Below, piece after piece: positions 20,120 to 29,876 of a DNA stretch of 64,000 bases. Source of the DNA: Blastocatellia bacterium (lineage in GTDB: Bacteria > Acidobacteriota > Blastocatellia > UBA7656); assembly GCA_963765495.1 (NCBI GenBank), contig CAVXWP010000008.1:736001-800000 (forward strand), given 5' to 3'. Numbering within the stretch: position 1 is the first letter of the stretch; every line of letters begins with the position of its first letter. Below the pieces are notes generated by a model, which saw only the letters and a list, made by a program, of their open reading frames with translations, was not told the origin of the DNA and did no database searches. Made by a program: the position numbers and the translations under genes.

Positions 20120-21202
20120 CTATAACCCGGCTCTCTCGTGCTGACTCCGGTGATTCTTGGCTTCAAGCTTCTGGCGCAGACCGCTCAGGCTCTCTTTTAA
20201 CGTGTCAAGCATGCGCGGCTGGGCCATACGTTTCTTCATAAAACCGAGCATCCCGCCAAGCATATCTACCTGCATGCGTAAGGTGTAGGCAACGAGCGTT
20301 CTTGGACGGCTCTGATTGTCGGAGAACGGCATCAACTCTGCCACTGAAAGGCCCGCATTTGTGTAATGGCTTGAGTAGATTTGTTTTGAGGCGATATAGA
20401 CCCGCTCGCCGTCTTTATGAATCGTCACCTGCACAATGTTTATGACTGGTTTGAGGCTGCCAAATTTCTGTTTTGCCCAGTAGATAAAAGATTCGCTGTC
20501 GGGCAGTGTGGCATCCGGGTAATTCTCAAGGAAATTATAGAGGTGAGGGCAATGGCCGGATGTTTTTATCTGTTCACCGGCAATTGTGGCAAAAGACGCC
20601 CCCGCATCTACCGGATCATCCTTATCAACAAAGATGCCAAGCGCCTGTTTGCCTTTCGACTGATAGGACTTTACTCGTTCAAGCAGAAGGGTCTTGTATG
20701 CTTCGGCGACTCTCTTCTTCGTTGCAGGGGTTAACCCTTTTACCGAACCGAGGCTCGCCCGGAGTTTTGCAATCTCGGACTCTGAGAGTTTCACATCCGA
20801 ATCGCCTACCTTGCATTTCAACAACCCCCGCAGATCATCCGTTTCGATGGTGAGCGGTTCAAGGTCGGCAAGCGCTGGGGCGGCGCCGAAACGCCCTACC
20901 TCGAGGATATGCGGGTTTTGCTGGAATATCTCGAGCGTGCGAAAGGAATCGAGAAAAATCTCTATGGGGGCATCTGCCAGCACGGCTCCAAAACCGGCCA
21001 TCTCAGTCGATTCACTTGTTGACAGAGAGTGAACGACTACCCCGGACTGCTTCAAAGATTGCAAGTCGCCGGACCCTAATTTAAGGTGCGAGATTTGAGT
21101 TGCCTCAAGCGGCTGGCTTTCGCCCGGGACGTCCGGGTGGGCCACAGACATTGAAGCGCATCCGAGAATTATGGCCAGAAAAATTGAGAGTCTGCTTTTC
21201 AT
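20120..21202 (-). CDS. Exported hypothetical protein
   Basis: Signal peptide MKSRLSIFLAIILGC; long ORF with FIYWAKQKFG and ASKQIYSSHY blocks; function not recognised. Confidence 0.75.
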   Translation of the reverse strand: MKSRLSIFLAIILGCASMSVAHPDVPGESQPLEATQISHLKLGSGDLQSLKQSGVVVHSLSTSESTEMAGFGAVLADAPIEIFLDSFRTLEIFQQNPHILEVGRFGAAPALADLEPLTIETDDLRGLLKCKVGDSDVKLSESEIAKLRASLGSVKGLTPATKKRVAEAYKTLLLERVKSYQSKGKQALGIFVDKDDPVDAGASFATIAGEQIKTSGHCPHLYNFLENYPDATLPDSESFIYWAKQKFGSLKPVINIVQVTIHKDGERVYIASKQIYSSHYTNAGLSVAELMPFSDNQSRPRTLVAYTLRMQVDMLGGMLGFMKKRMAQPRMLDTLKESLSGLRQKLEAKNHRSQHERAGL

Positions 21203-21258
21203 ATATGTTTCCCTTCCGCTAGATATCACTGACTACTGGCGGTGTCGGCCAATTAACC

Positions 21259-21274
21259 TACAAAACCCGTGCCA
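21259..21274 (-). promoter_or_regulatory. Possible sigma54-type promoter (variant -12)
   Basis: TGGCACGGGTTTTGTA on the minus strand: perfect -24 box, GT instead of GC at -12. Confidence 0.4.
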
Positions 21275-21519
21275 TCAGAACAGGTCCGGTCTTGAGCATT
21301 TCTAAAAAATCTCGAAGCCGCGAATCATTGAAAAAACCGGCTCTTTTCGTGGGTTTTGTTTCGCAAAGTGTCCGCCGCTGATATAGCGGGATAAAGATAA
21401 TCCGAATTACTTTGATACTCTCATGGATAGACTGAGCAGTTACAGTACATTCTCTCTATAAATATCTTTTTGCCGATATGCTTATGAAGCGGTGGGAATG
21501 GGGGTCTAATCGAGTTTGC

Positions 21520-21744
21520 CTAGCCTGCTATGGCAGTCTGGTATGAATCAGCAGAAAGCCTTTTTCTATTTGCCTTCAGGGTGCGTCTGGGCATTTGATT
21601 ATTGCTTGCGGGAGCGGTGGTCAGATCGGTCACAAGCCCTCTGCCAATTAGCCTCAGTACAAGCTCAAGACAGAAAAAACTGATTCCAAGAGTTATTGCC
21701 GCTATGCCTGCGAGAAAAATCAACGGGGTTATGATTGCTAACAT
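21520..21744 (-). CDS. Small membrane protein (74 aa)
   Basis: AGGAGGTG SD, then MLAIITPLIFLAGIAAITLGISFFCLELVLRLIG...; single TM plus basic tail. Confidence 0.7.
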   Translation of the reverse strand: MLAIITPLIFLAGIAAITLGISFFCLELVLRLIGRGLVTDLTTAPASNNQMPRRTLKANRKRLSADSYQTAIAG

Positions 21745-21771
21745 TCTCTTTTCACCTCCTCCTATTTCAAG

Positions 21772-21787
21772 GGCAACCAACGTGCCA
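21772..21787 (-). promoter_or_regulatory. Sigma54 (-24/-12) promoter
   Basis: TGGCACGTTGGTTGCC, a near-perfect match to TGGCACG-N4-TTGC, 27 nt upstream of the ATG at 21744. Confidence 0.75.
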
Positions 21788-21947
21788 GCCGGAATTGCCC
21801 TCAAACGGCCTGTTGGACTCAATTAAATTGAGGTCACATCTTATAAGTGCGTACAGTTGCCCGAGTCTTATGTTTGGTATAGGTACAAATTGAGTTGAAA
21901 GGAGCCTTGACCCGTGTCCCGTCCATTCCAGATAATCATCCTCTATC

Positions 21948-23717
21948 GTGATAGTGACCAAATTGAGACCTCATACGGATAAAATACTGCTGGCAGCCAT
22001 TTTCCTTTTTTTATCCGCCTCGACCATCGCATGGACGCTTGCCGATAAGACGCCTCCCGCCTGGGACCCGGCTGACCATATAAGCACGGGATATGATTAT
22101 TATCGCCCGCTGGCGCATCTGGATTTCCGTGGTTTTGGGGAGTCATTTTTCAGCGAACACAGGTATTACGCTCCTCTTGTCCATCTGGTAACCGCGTCTC
22201 TCTTTTTGCTGTTTGGCGCGTCGAAATTGATGGGAATAGGTGTGAACATCATCTCTCTTGCAGTCCTTCTCGCCTCGACCGCCTGGATAGCTCGGATGCT
22301 TTACACGCGAAACGGTGACGCCCCGACGGATCGAGCTTCGAAGGGGCCAACGGGTTCAGGGCTTGCCGTAGGAGTTGTCGCTGCGCTGCTTGCCGCATCT
22401 TATCACTTTCCCGCGTGGCTCCTGCACGATGCCTTTATTGATTTCCCCCTGATTGCGATTGTCACCGCAGGATTCGGCTTTCTGATTCAAGCGGGCGATT
22501 TCAAGAATAGACGCCATGCCCTCCTTTTCGGCGTAGTGGCGGGGCTTGGAATGCTCACAAAACAGACGTTCGCCTTTTTCCTGTTCCTGCCTGCGATCTA
22601 TGTCTCTCTTCGCATCCTGCTATCGCGCGACCGGCGGGCGATTGCAAATCTATTCTTAGCCGCAGTTGTTACCTTTGCCATCTCTGCGATCTACTATTTA
22701 CCTCATCTACAGGACGTGCTTGCGATATACAGAGTCAACCGCGAGGCTGCGATCAGCGAAAACGAAGCGCCGCTGTTCGGCTTTGTGTCGAATGTTTATT
22801 ACTCTTATGGGTTGATTGCCTTGCAGATGCAATTGCCTCTGGGTCTTCTGTTTATAGGAGGTTTGATTTATTCGCTTGCGCGCAGGCGAAAGGAATCAAT
22901 GATGCTCTACCTGTGGCTGTTGAGCGGAATAGGCACATTCACATTAATTGCAAACAAGGATATGCGTTACACGGTCCCGGTTCTGCCTGCCGCCGCATTG
23001 ATTTCAGTCTGCTGGCTTGGCTCGCTTTTTGCCGGGAAGACGGCTACGCGCTTGAGGCGCTCTGCCGTTACCGTTATAGTCGCGTGGGCATTTTTGAGTT
23101 TTTTCAACGCGCAATGGCCGCGCCCCGGCAGAGGCTATGCGTTAGACTTTCCAAAATTTCAGGTGATGATTTTCGACCGCAATTATTACGGATTTGACAG
23201 ACATCCATTGCCGGATGATTGGGCGGTCCCCGAATTGATCCGCGCTGTCGCAGAATACAAGGAGGACGACGATTCCCTGCCCTCAGACCAGGCCCGGGCT
23301 TTAGAGAGTCAAACCCGGAAACGCCGACGACCCACGCCGGAAGAGACCGTTTCGCCTCCGACTCGACCTACCAGCTCCGGGAACAATCCAAACGGGCCGA
23401 CCCTCGGCGTGGTAGTAAATCTCGTCACATTGAACCCTTCAAGCATTGCGCTTTATGCCCGCCTGCTTGCTCCCGAAAGAGCCGGGCCGCCTCTGATAAA
23501 CGTGGACTGGCTCGTAGTAGACGCGGCGCGCGACCGGATAGGCGACAGCGAATTTCTGCTTGTGCGTACGGGGCTTGATCACGCCGACTATGTCGCGCCT
23601 GTCGAAAGATATGCCCAGGCCTTGATACTCAATAATCCTGATCGATTTAGGCAGCTTGCATCATTTCCTATCCCGCTTGAGGGCGCGGAAGTCGTACTAT
23701 ATCGCTGCCTGAAGTGA
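21948..23717 (+). CDS. GT-C fold membrane glycosyltransferase (ArnT/PMT-like)
   Basis: PPAWDPADH, YYAPL, GLGMLTKQ, NKDMRY; many TM helices. Confidence 0.85.
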   Translation: MIVTKLRPHTDKILLAAIFLFLSASTIAWTLADKTPPAWDPADHISTGYDYYRPLAHLDFRGFGESFFSEHRYYAPLVHLVTASLFLLFGASKLMGIGVNIISLAVLLASTAWIARMLYTRNGDAPTDRASKGPTGSGLAVGVVAALLAASYHFPAWLLHDAFIDFPLIAIVTAGFGFLIQAGDFKNRRHALLFGVVAGLGMLTKQTFAFFLFLPAIYVSLRILLSRDRRAIANLFLAAVVTFAISAIYYLPHLQDVLAIYRVNREAAISENEAPLFGFVSNVYYSYGLIALQMQLPLGLLFIGGLIYSLARRRKESMMLYLWLLSGIGTFTLIANKDMRYTVPVLPAAALISVCWLGSLFAGKTATRLRRSAVTVIVAWAFLSFFNAQWPRPGRGYALDFPKFQVMIFDRNYYGFDRHPLPDDWAVPELIRAVAEYKEDDDSLPSDQARALESQTRKRRRPTPEETVSPPTRPTSSGNNPNGPTLGVVVNLVTLNPSSIALYARLLAPERAGPPLINVDWLVVDAARDRIGDSEFLLVRTGLDHADYVAPVERYAQALILNNPDRFRQLASFPIPLEGAEVVLYRCLK

Positions 23718-23721
23718 AACA

Positions 23722-24372
23722 ATGTCAAACCTTTTCCCTGCGCTTTCCGACTTCACCAGAAAAGAACGGCTGATCGTTGACCGCTATCGTACTTCCGCAG
23801 AGGTTCAGAGCTATCTGCGCACAATCCCTTATAACCGTGAGCTTGAAAAGCCTACGTGTCTCTCATTTCGCAGCGTCCTTAGCAAAAATAAGGCTCATTG
23901 TCTGGAGGGCGCGCTCGTAGCCGCCGTCATACTCGAACAACACGGATACCCGCCTATGCTTGTCAGCCTGGAATCGCAAGACCTGCTCGATCATGTCCTG
24001 TTCCTTTTCAAGGAGGGAAATCGCTATGGCTCGGTCGCCCGCTCGCGCGATCTCGGGCTGCACGGACGAATGCCCGTCTTCCGAACCGTTCGCGATCTGG
24101 TTATGAGTTATTTCGATCCTTATATTGACAAGACGGGGCGAATTACGGGATATGCGGTCGCCGATCTTCGCGATCTGGGAAACTACGACTGGAGGTTTTC
24201 TGAGCGCAATGTCTGGAAAGTAGAGCGTCACTTGCAGGAAATCCCGCATCGAGAGATTCGCTCATCCGACGCGAGATATGAAAAATGGAGACGCCGCTAC
24301 ACAAGATTCAAAAAGAGATACCCTGATCGCCCGCTTGAATACTTCCCTTCCCGGCACCTGTGGCTCCTCTAA
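23722..24372 (+). CDS. Hypothetical protein with transglutaminase/cysteine-protease-like motifs
   Basis: IPYN, AHCLEGALVAA and DHVL suggest a Cys-His catalytic core. Confidence 0.6.
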   Translation: MSNLFPALSDFTRKERLIVDRYRTSAEVQSYLRTIPYNRELEKPTCLSFRSVLSKNKAHCLEGALVAAVILEQHGYPPMLVSLESQDLLDHVLFLFKEGNRYGSVARSRDLGLHGRMPVFRTVRDLVMSYFDPYIDKTGRITGYAVADLRDLGNYDWRFSERNVWKVERHLQEIPHREIRSSDARYEKWRRRYTRFKKRYPDRPLEYFPSRHLWLL

Positions 24373-24387
24373 ATCTCACGCTCAATT

Positions 24388-25200
24388 CTATCGTTGAAAT
24401 ATCAGCAGGACTGCATTTATCGAGTTGAACAGCATATGCACCCCCACGCAGGGCAGAAGCGATTCGGTCCTTGCGCGAATGATCGTAAGGGTAAAACTCA
24501 GTATGGTAAGCCCTATCAAACCGGCCCATGCACCCCAATACTGAGGCACATGAACGCCTACGAACAGCAATGAGATAATCACTATCGTCGTGTTGACACC
24601 GATTCGGCCCCGAAGGCCAGTAAATAAGACGCCTCTGTAAACGGCCTCCTCCGTTATCGGTGCTGTGAAGACCGCAAGAAACGCAACCGCATATCTGACC
24701 CCCCGAGAGGTCTTGAGCAGTATATCGAATGCCGTCTCTTTATCGGGTGGGAGTATGCTGCCAAGTATGAAGAGTATGGCAATCACCGAAGCGACTATTC
24801 CGCCGATGTAGAGCATTTTTGAGGCAGTAGAGCGTCCGTTCCAGTACCAGTCCAGGCTCTCAAGAAAAGGGCGTTTCCCCATCCCCGTAACGACCATCCA
24901 GATAAAGCCCAGCGTAAGTAGATGAGCAACCATCGTTGACAGTACCTGTACCAGAATTACTGGAGGAGAACTGACCCACTGCAATAGAGCGGTCTCCTCG
25001 GTCAGGCTGGGTACGGGCTTACCCATAAAAAGAAGTAGGATGAACCAGAGGATTACCGCGACAATAGGTATAATCAGCAGAGTGCCTACGCTAAATAGCC
25101 AGACGCCTATCGCCGCCGGGATCGACCAGCGCGGGCGGTTTGGTTCTACAGGAGGGGCGATCTGAGGCTGAAATCCGGCATAATCAACATTTTCCGCCAT
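24388..25200 (-). CDS. CPBP (CAAX/Abi) intramembrane protease
   Basis: APITEEAVYRG, FVGVH, HMLFN motifs. Confidence 0.92.
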   Translation of the reverse strand: MAENVDYAGFQPQIAPPVEPNRPRWSIPAAIGVWLFSVGTLLIIPIVAVILWFILLLFMGKPVPSLTEETALLQWVSSPPVILVQVLSTMVAHLLTLGFIWMVVTGMGKRPFLESLDWYWNGRSTASKMLYIGGIVASVIAILFILGSILPPDKETAFDILLKTSRGVRYAVAFLAVFTAPITEEAVYRGVLFTGLRGRIGVNTTIVIISLLFVGVHVPQYWGAWAGLIGLTILSFTLTIIRARTESLLPCVGVHMLFNSINAVLLIFQR

Positions 25201-25290
25201 ATTTTCCCTTTCGGAGGACGAATCAGATTCAGTTTAGCGACTGCCAGATTGCACGGTCAAGTTCACCGCATTTTCGTAATAGCGCAGAAT

Positions 25291-25357
25291 AGCCACAGAG
25301 GCACAAAGACAAAGAGAATAAAGGAAAAGCCTCTGTGCCTCTGTGGCTCCGTGGCTC
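25291..25357. repeat. REP-like palindrome (CACAGAGGCACA family)
   Basis: AGCCACAGAGGCACAAAG (25291-25308) versus CTCTGTGCCTCTGTGGCT (25331-25348), 17/18 complementary. Confidence 0.8.
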
Positions 25358-25392
25358 ATCCTCTTTCTGAACAGATACCGATCTCATGTATC

Positions 25393-26115
25393 TCAATTCA
25401 AGTTTGACGCGATCACCTCGCGAGTTCTTTGGATCAAACCCGGGAGGTTCTCTTGATACTTGCCAGGATCAATGGCCGCGCTCAAAATCACATCGACTCT
25501 CCCGGGGCGCGGGGCCAGCGACCCCTTCGGTAATCGTTCGTGCGTGCCCCGAATCGCTACCGGCACTACGGGAACTCCTGCGAGGAGAGCAATCTTGAAT
25601 GCGCCCTGTTTGAACTCTTTGAGTCTCCCATCTTCGGACCTTGTTCCTTCTGGAAAGAGCGCCAGCGATTTACCCGCCTGCACGCCCTCGACTATGCGCT
25701 TGATGCTGCGCATTGTTCTTCGCGGGTCGGCCCTGTCTACGGGGAAGTGTCCCGCCGTACGCAGGTACCAGCCAAGAAAAGGCACCGAAAACAGCTCTTT
25801 TTTTGCCATTATATAAAACCTGCGAGGCAGGTAGCCAAATAGCGCAGGGATGTCTATCAGGCTTGTGTGGTTTGCCATGTAAATATAGTTTTGATCGGGA
25901 CGAAGATTCTCAATCCCATGTACTTCGATGCGAGCGCCGATTGTCCACGCAATCAACCGGCACCACCATCTGGCGCACCAGAATTGCAGATTTCCAGTCT
26001 TATCGAACGGCCAGAGTATGAGTGAGAGCGTGCCCATCACTATGGTATAGAAATACCAGAGCAGATTGGCGATTGGAGCATAGCAATAGACCAGGATGAT
26101 TTTTAGCTTCCGCAA
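25393..26115 (-). CDS. plsC: 1-acyl-sn-glycerol-3-phosphate acyltransferase
   Basis: NHTSLID (HX4D), FPEGTRS. Confidence 0.92.
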   Translation of the reverse strand: MRKLKIILVYCYAPIANLLWYFYTIVMGTLSLILWPFDKTGNLQFWCARWWCRLIAWTIGARIEVHGIENLRPDQNYIYMANHTSLIDIPALFGYLPRRFYIMAKKELFSVPFLGWYLRTAGHFPVDRADPRRTMRSIKRIVEGVQAGKSLALFPEGTRSEDGRLKEFKQGAFKIALLAGVPVVPVAIRGTHERLPKGSLAPRPGRVDVILSAAIDPGKYQENLPGLIQRTREVIASNLN

Positions 26116-26705
26116 CGATTACCCGTTCCCTGTCGCGCCAGTAGTCGAGCGCCAGTAGTCGAGCCTTGTTCACTTGCGTCACGCGTCATCGATTCGATCA
26201 GCAAGAGTGTGATTATGGTCTTTGCATCATCAATCTCGCCTGAACGAACCCTCGCGATGGCTTCGGCAAGAGGCATGCGCTCAACTTCGATCTCCTCGTC
26301 ATCATCGAGGTTTTGAGCAGACGGCTCAAGCCCGGTCGCAAGATAAACATATATTCGCTCCTCGCAATACCCCGGCGCGACATTGAATTCAGCGAGCTTG
26401 CGAAACTCGGCGGCGCGCATTCCAATCTCCTCTTCAAGCTCGCGCCGCGCGGCCTGTTCCGGCGTGTCTCCGGGTTCGATGCGCCCGGCTGCGATCTCAA
26501 GCGAATACTTGCCCAGAGGGTAGCGCCACTGCCGGACAAGCGCCACCGAACCGTCTTCAAAGAGCGGCAAAGCACCCGCGCCGCCGTTGTGGTGGACTAC
26601 TTCGATTGTAACTTCTCCCCTGGCAGCCGATTGATACCGGCTCAAAGAGAGATCTAAAACCTTGCCTTGAAAAATGTAATCCCGCTTTATGAGTTCGTGA
26701 GCCAT
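26103..26705 (-). CDS. NUDIX hydrolase (ADP-ribose pyrophosphatase-like)
   Basis: Nudix box GRIEPGDTPEQAARRELEEEIG; LVRQWRY; IDDAKT. Confidence 0.92.
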   Translation of the reverse strand: MAHELIKRDYIFQGKVLDLSLSRYQSAARGEVTIEVVHHNGGAGALPLFEDGSVALVRQWRYPLGKYSLEIAAGRIEPGDTPEQAARRELEEEIGMRAAEFRKLAEFNVAPGYCEERIYVYLATGLEPSAQNLDDDEEIEVERMPLAEAIARVRSGEIDDAKTIITLLLIESMTRDASEQGSTTGARLLARQGTGNRCGS

Positions 26706-28018
26706 CTTTGAGAATCATCCTCCTCTTCTGCGAGAAGTCTTTTTACCTCGCCAACAAGAAACAAGGACCCGGCCACAAGTATCAAGCCGTCAAGAGGTGT
26801 CACGCTCCGCGCCCACGAGAGCGCCTGCCTTACGCTTTCGGTAAAGACAACATTGCGCGACGAAGCAAGCGCCGACTTCCCCATCCGCGCATTGCTTGCG
26901 GCGCGACGGTCGTTTACGCGAGTCAAGACAATGGTCGTGGCAGTGGGGAAGAGTTCGGTCGCTATGCCTTCGATGTTCTTGTCAGCCATAACGCCAAAGA
27001 TCAACGTGATGTGGCCCTGCCAGGATTCATCGAGATAAGCCTTCAGGCTCCGGGCCCCGGCTACATTATGCGCTCCATCAAGCAGGATAGGCGGACGGTC
27101 TTCGACCAATTCCAGACGCCCCGGCCAGGTGATTTCTCTGAGACCCGTGACGATTGCCTCGCGCGGTATCTCGATCCCAAGCTCGGTCAAAAGCTCCGCC
27201 GTCTCGATTGCCGCCGAAGCATTCTCTACCTGATGACGGCCCCTGAGCCCGAGCATCAACCTGCTATAGCTCGTGTGCGAGGATTCGTAATCGAAGCTCA
27301 TCCGGCCCAGATCGTTCACAGACGAATCCGTCGCTTCGTTTGCGAAGACGGGGAGGACACTTACTTCGAGGCAACGACGCATCAATACTTCGGTAGCCTC
27401 TTTGTGCTTCTGGCGTCCGATCACCGCCCGGCGTCCCGGCTTGATAATAGCCGCTTTCTCAGAGGCGATCTCTGTGATCGTGTTGCCGAGAATGTTTTGA
27501 TGATCAAAATCTATCGAGGTGACGACTGACACGATTGCATCGACTGCGTTCGTAGCATCGAGCCTTCCGCCAAGACCTACCTCCAGAACCGCCAGATCGA
27601 CCGCGCTGTCCGAGAAATGCAGGAGCGCAATCGCCGTTACCTGCTCAAAAAAAGTCGGCATCCATTCGAGCTTGCCCTCAGCAAGCAGCGATTCGGATGC
27701 GACACGGACACGGGTCGCGAGGCGGGCAAACTCTTCTTCCGAGATTTCATTCCCACCCGTTCTTATGCGTTCTTCGATCCTTATCAGATGCGGAGATGTA
27801 TAAAGCGCCACCCGGTATTCGGCCTGCCGCGCAATGGATTCGATCATAGCCGCTACCGAGCCTTTGCCGTTTGTTCCCGCGACCAGGATCGAGCGAAACG
27901 ACTGGTCGGGCCGACCAAGCGCCTCAAGCAGCAATGTGACGCTTTCCAGTCCGAATTTCGCCGCGAGCACTTCGTGGCCCAGACCGTAGAGATAATTGAG
28001 CGATTGAGAGTAATCCAT
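26687..28018 (-). CDS. folC: Folylpolyglutamate/dihydrofolate synthase
   Basis: VAGTNGKGS, YTSPHL, LEVGLGGRLDATN, WPGRLE, LDGAHN. Confidence 0.96.
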   Translation of the reverse strand: MDYSQSLNYLYGLGHEVLAAKFGLESVTLLLEALGRPDQSFRSILVAGTNGKGSVAAMIESIARQAEYRVALYTSPHLIRIEERIRTGGNEISEEEFARLATRVRVASESLLAEGKLEWMPTFFEQVTAIALLHFSDSAVDLAVLEVGLGGRLDATNAVDAIVSVVTSIDFDHQNILGNTITEIASEKAAIIKPGRRAVIGRQKHKEATEVLMRRCLEVSVLPVFANEATDSSVNDLGRMSFDYESSHTSYSRLMLGLRGRHQVENASAAIETAELLTELGIEIPREAIVTGLREITWPGRLELVEDRPPILLDGAHNVAGARSLKAYLDESWQGHITLIFGVMADKNIEGIATELFPTATTIVLTRVNDRRAASNARMGKSALASSRNVVFTESVRQALSWARSVTPLDGLILVAGSLFLVGEVKRLLAEEEDDSQRWLTNS

Positions 28019-28028
28019 ATTCAGAATT

Positions 28029-28116
28029 ATTGAAGCGCAAATAGAAGGCGGATGACTCGAACATCTCAGAATGGCGCAGATAAAATCTGCGCTACTTGAG
28101 TCCGCGTCACCCGCAT
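28029..28116. repeat. Long imperfect palindrome between accD and folC
   Basis: GCGCAGAT-AAA-ATCTGCGC core extended by GCGGATGAC/GTCACCCGC and ATTGAA/TTCAAT. Confidence 0.6.
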
Positions 28117-28192
28117 TCGGTTCAATCTGCCTGTCCGGCGCGCCGGGCTGGTTCAGACCTGTAGGCTCTTTTTCAAGCTTCTCATCCGGTCG

Positions 28193-29062
28193 TCAATGCT
28201 CTTTTTTGTTTCCATTCCCGCTCATGAAATTGAGCGAAGAGACCAGAAAATCCTTCATGTCCTTGCGCGGAACCACCTGGTCAAGCATGCCATGTGTGAG
28301 CAGGAATTCCGCCCGCTGAAATCCCTCGGGGAGCTTTTGCCTGATCGTCTGCTCGATTACGCGAGGGCCTGCAAATCCTATCAGCGCGCCGGGTTCGGCT
28401 ATGTTCAAATCACCCAGCATAGCAAAGCTCGCGGTCACGCCCCCGGTCGTAGGGTCCGTCAATACCGAGATAAATGGCATACCCGCCTCATCAAGCCGCG
28501 CGAGCGCCGCAGATATTTTAGCCATCTGCATCAACGAAATGACGCCCTCCTGCATTCGCGCTCCGCCGGAGGCGGAAAAGATTATCAGCGCCGATTTCGA
28601 TTCAACGGCGCGCTCTATGGCGCGTGTTATCTTCTCTCCCACAACCGCGCCGAGCGAACCGCCTACAAAGGACAATTCCATTGAGCATATCGTAACAGGA
28701 TGTCCGCCAACCTTACCCTCGCCCGTTATGAGCGCATCAAGCAGACCCGTGCTTTTGCGCATACTCTCCAAACGGTCCTTATAGCCTTTTGTATCCACAA
28801 ACCGCAAGGGGTCTGTCGAAATCAGATCAGCATCGAACTCGGTCCAGCTTGCCCCGTCGAAGTTCATTCTCAATCGCTCGATAGCCTTGATGCGCATATG
28901 ATAATCGCACTTGGGGCAGACATTGAGATTCTCTTCAATATCGCGCTTGAAAAGCATCTGCTCGCACCCCGGGCACTTGATAAACAGCCCTTCGGTGCGG
29001 ACCGTGCGCTCTTCATTCGTATCGGATTGCTTGGCGGTATCTTTTTTTCTAAACCAGCTCAT
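28193..29062 (-). CDS. accD: Acetyl-CoA carboxylase carboxyltransferase beta subunit
   Basis: Zn ribbon KCPGC..VCPKC, SGGARMQEG, PTTGGVTASFA, GFAGPRVI; start at MSWFRKK (the ORF-track extension is repeat-derived). Confidence 0.97.
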   Translation of the reverse strand: MSWFRKKDTAKQSDTNEERTVRTEGLFIKCPGCEQMLFKRDIEENLNVCPKCDYHMRIKAIERLRMNFDGASWTEFDADLISTDPLRFVDTKGYKDRLESMRKSTGLLDALITGEGKVGGHPVTICSMELSFVGGSLGAVVGEKITRAIERAVESKSALIIFSASGGARMQEGVISLMQMAKISAALARLDEAGMPFISVLTDPTTGGVTASFAMLGDLNIAEPGALIGFAGPRVIEQTIRQKLPEGFQRAEFLLTHGMLDQVVPRKDMKDFLVSSLNFMSGNGNKKEH

Positions 29063-29067
29063 TGTAT

Positions 29068-29148
29068 GGGGGTCGGGGGTCGGGGGCCGGGGTCGGGAAC
29101 AGGCATCCGGCAACGAATCCCTGGCCCCTGGCCCCCGGCCCCCGGCCC
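29068..29148. repeat. Inverted pair of heptamer arrays (GGGGGYC)n / (CCCYGGC)n
   Basis: Arrays at 29068-29097 and 29119-29148 fill the pduO-accD gap. Confidence 0.9.
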
Positions 29149-29706
29149 TTACCTGTTCCTTTTACTAAAATCGGTCATCTTCTCAGGAATACCCGAGCGG
29201 TGATTGATCACTCTGGCCAGGATGAACAAGAGGTCGGACAACCGGTTGAGATAGACTATTGTAAGAGGGTTTATCTCTTCGGTCTCCGAGAGCCCGACGA
29301 CACGGCGTTCGGCCCTGCGCGTCACAGCGCGGGCCAGATGCAGCGTTGCGCCAGCTTCTGAGCCGCCGGGCAGGATAAATTCTTTGAGCGGGGCAAGCTG
29401 CGCCAGATAACGATCCGCCAGTTCCTCAAGCGAAGTAACAAAACGCTCGTCCACGCGAGGCACTTCTATGTCTGAGAGGCTCGCCAGATCTGCGCCTACT
29501 GTAAACAGATCGTTTTGGATGAGGCCCAGGATTTCATCAATTTCAAGGTCTTTCAACCTGGAGCGCGCCTGACCGATGAGCGAGTTCAACTCGTCAACAT
29601 CGCCATAGGCTTCGACGCGCGGGCTTGCCTTGCTCACTCTCGCGCCGCCGACAAGACCTGTTTCGCCTTTGTCTCCGGTCTTTGTGTAGACCTTTGAAAT
29701 TCTCAT
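29149..29706 (-). CDS. pduO: ATP:cob(I)alamin adenosyltransferase, PduO type
   Basis: [40 protein letters not shown]. Confidence 0.94.
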   Translation of the reverse strand: MRISKVYTKTGDKGETGLVGGARVSKASPRVEAYGDVDELNSLIGQARSRLKDLEIDEILGLIQNDLFTVGADLASLSDIEVPRVDERFVTSLEELADRYLAQLAPLKEFILPGGSEAGATLHLARAVTRRAERRVVGLSETEEINPLTIVYLNRLSDLLFILARVINHRSGIPEKMTDFSKRNR

Positions 29707-29876
29707 CCCATCTCCCTTTTGAATAGCTGTCAATTCTAGGCTCCCGGGTTCGGGTTGTCAAAGCAGTCATAGAAGCAGGGCCCAATAAACGTCGCTCGCA
29801 AACCTGATCCTGCGGTTGCGCGAGGTTGGAAACTCAGCTACTCTGGCGTATCTCAGGTTGGTGAGGGATTGTATAG

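Noticed and set aside
29063-29113. Pro-rich N-terminal extension of AccD, and ORFs such as 45927-46289 with FWILDFRFWI
   Set aside because: Translation artefacts of the heptamer arrays.
29734-29876. Lysine or SAM-I riboswitch before hom
   Set aside because: Too short for a lysine riboswitch and lacks the conserved cores of both; kept only as an unnamed candidate.
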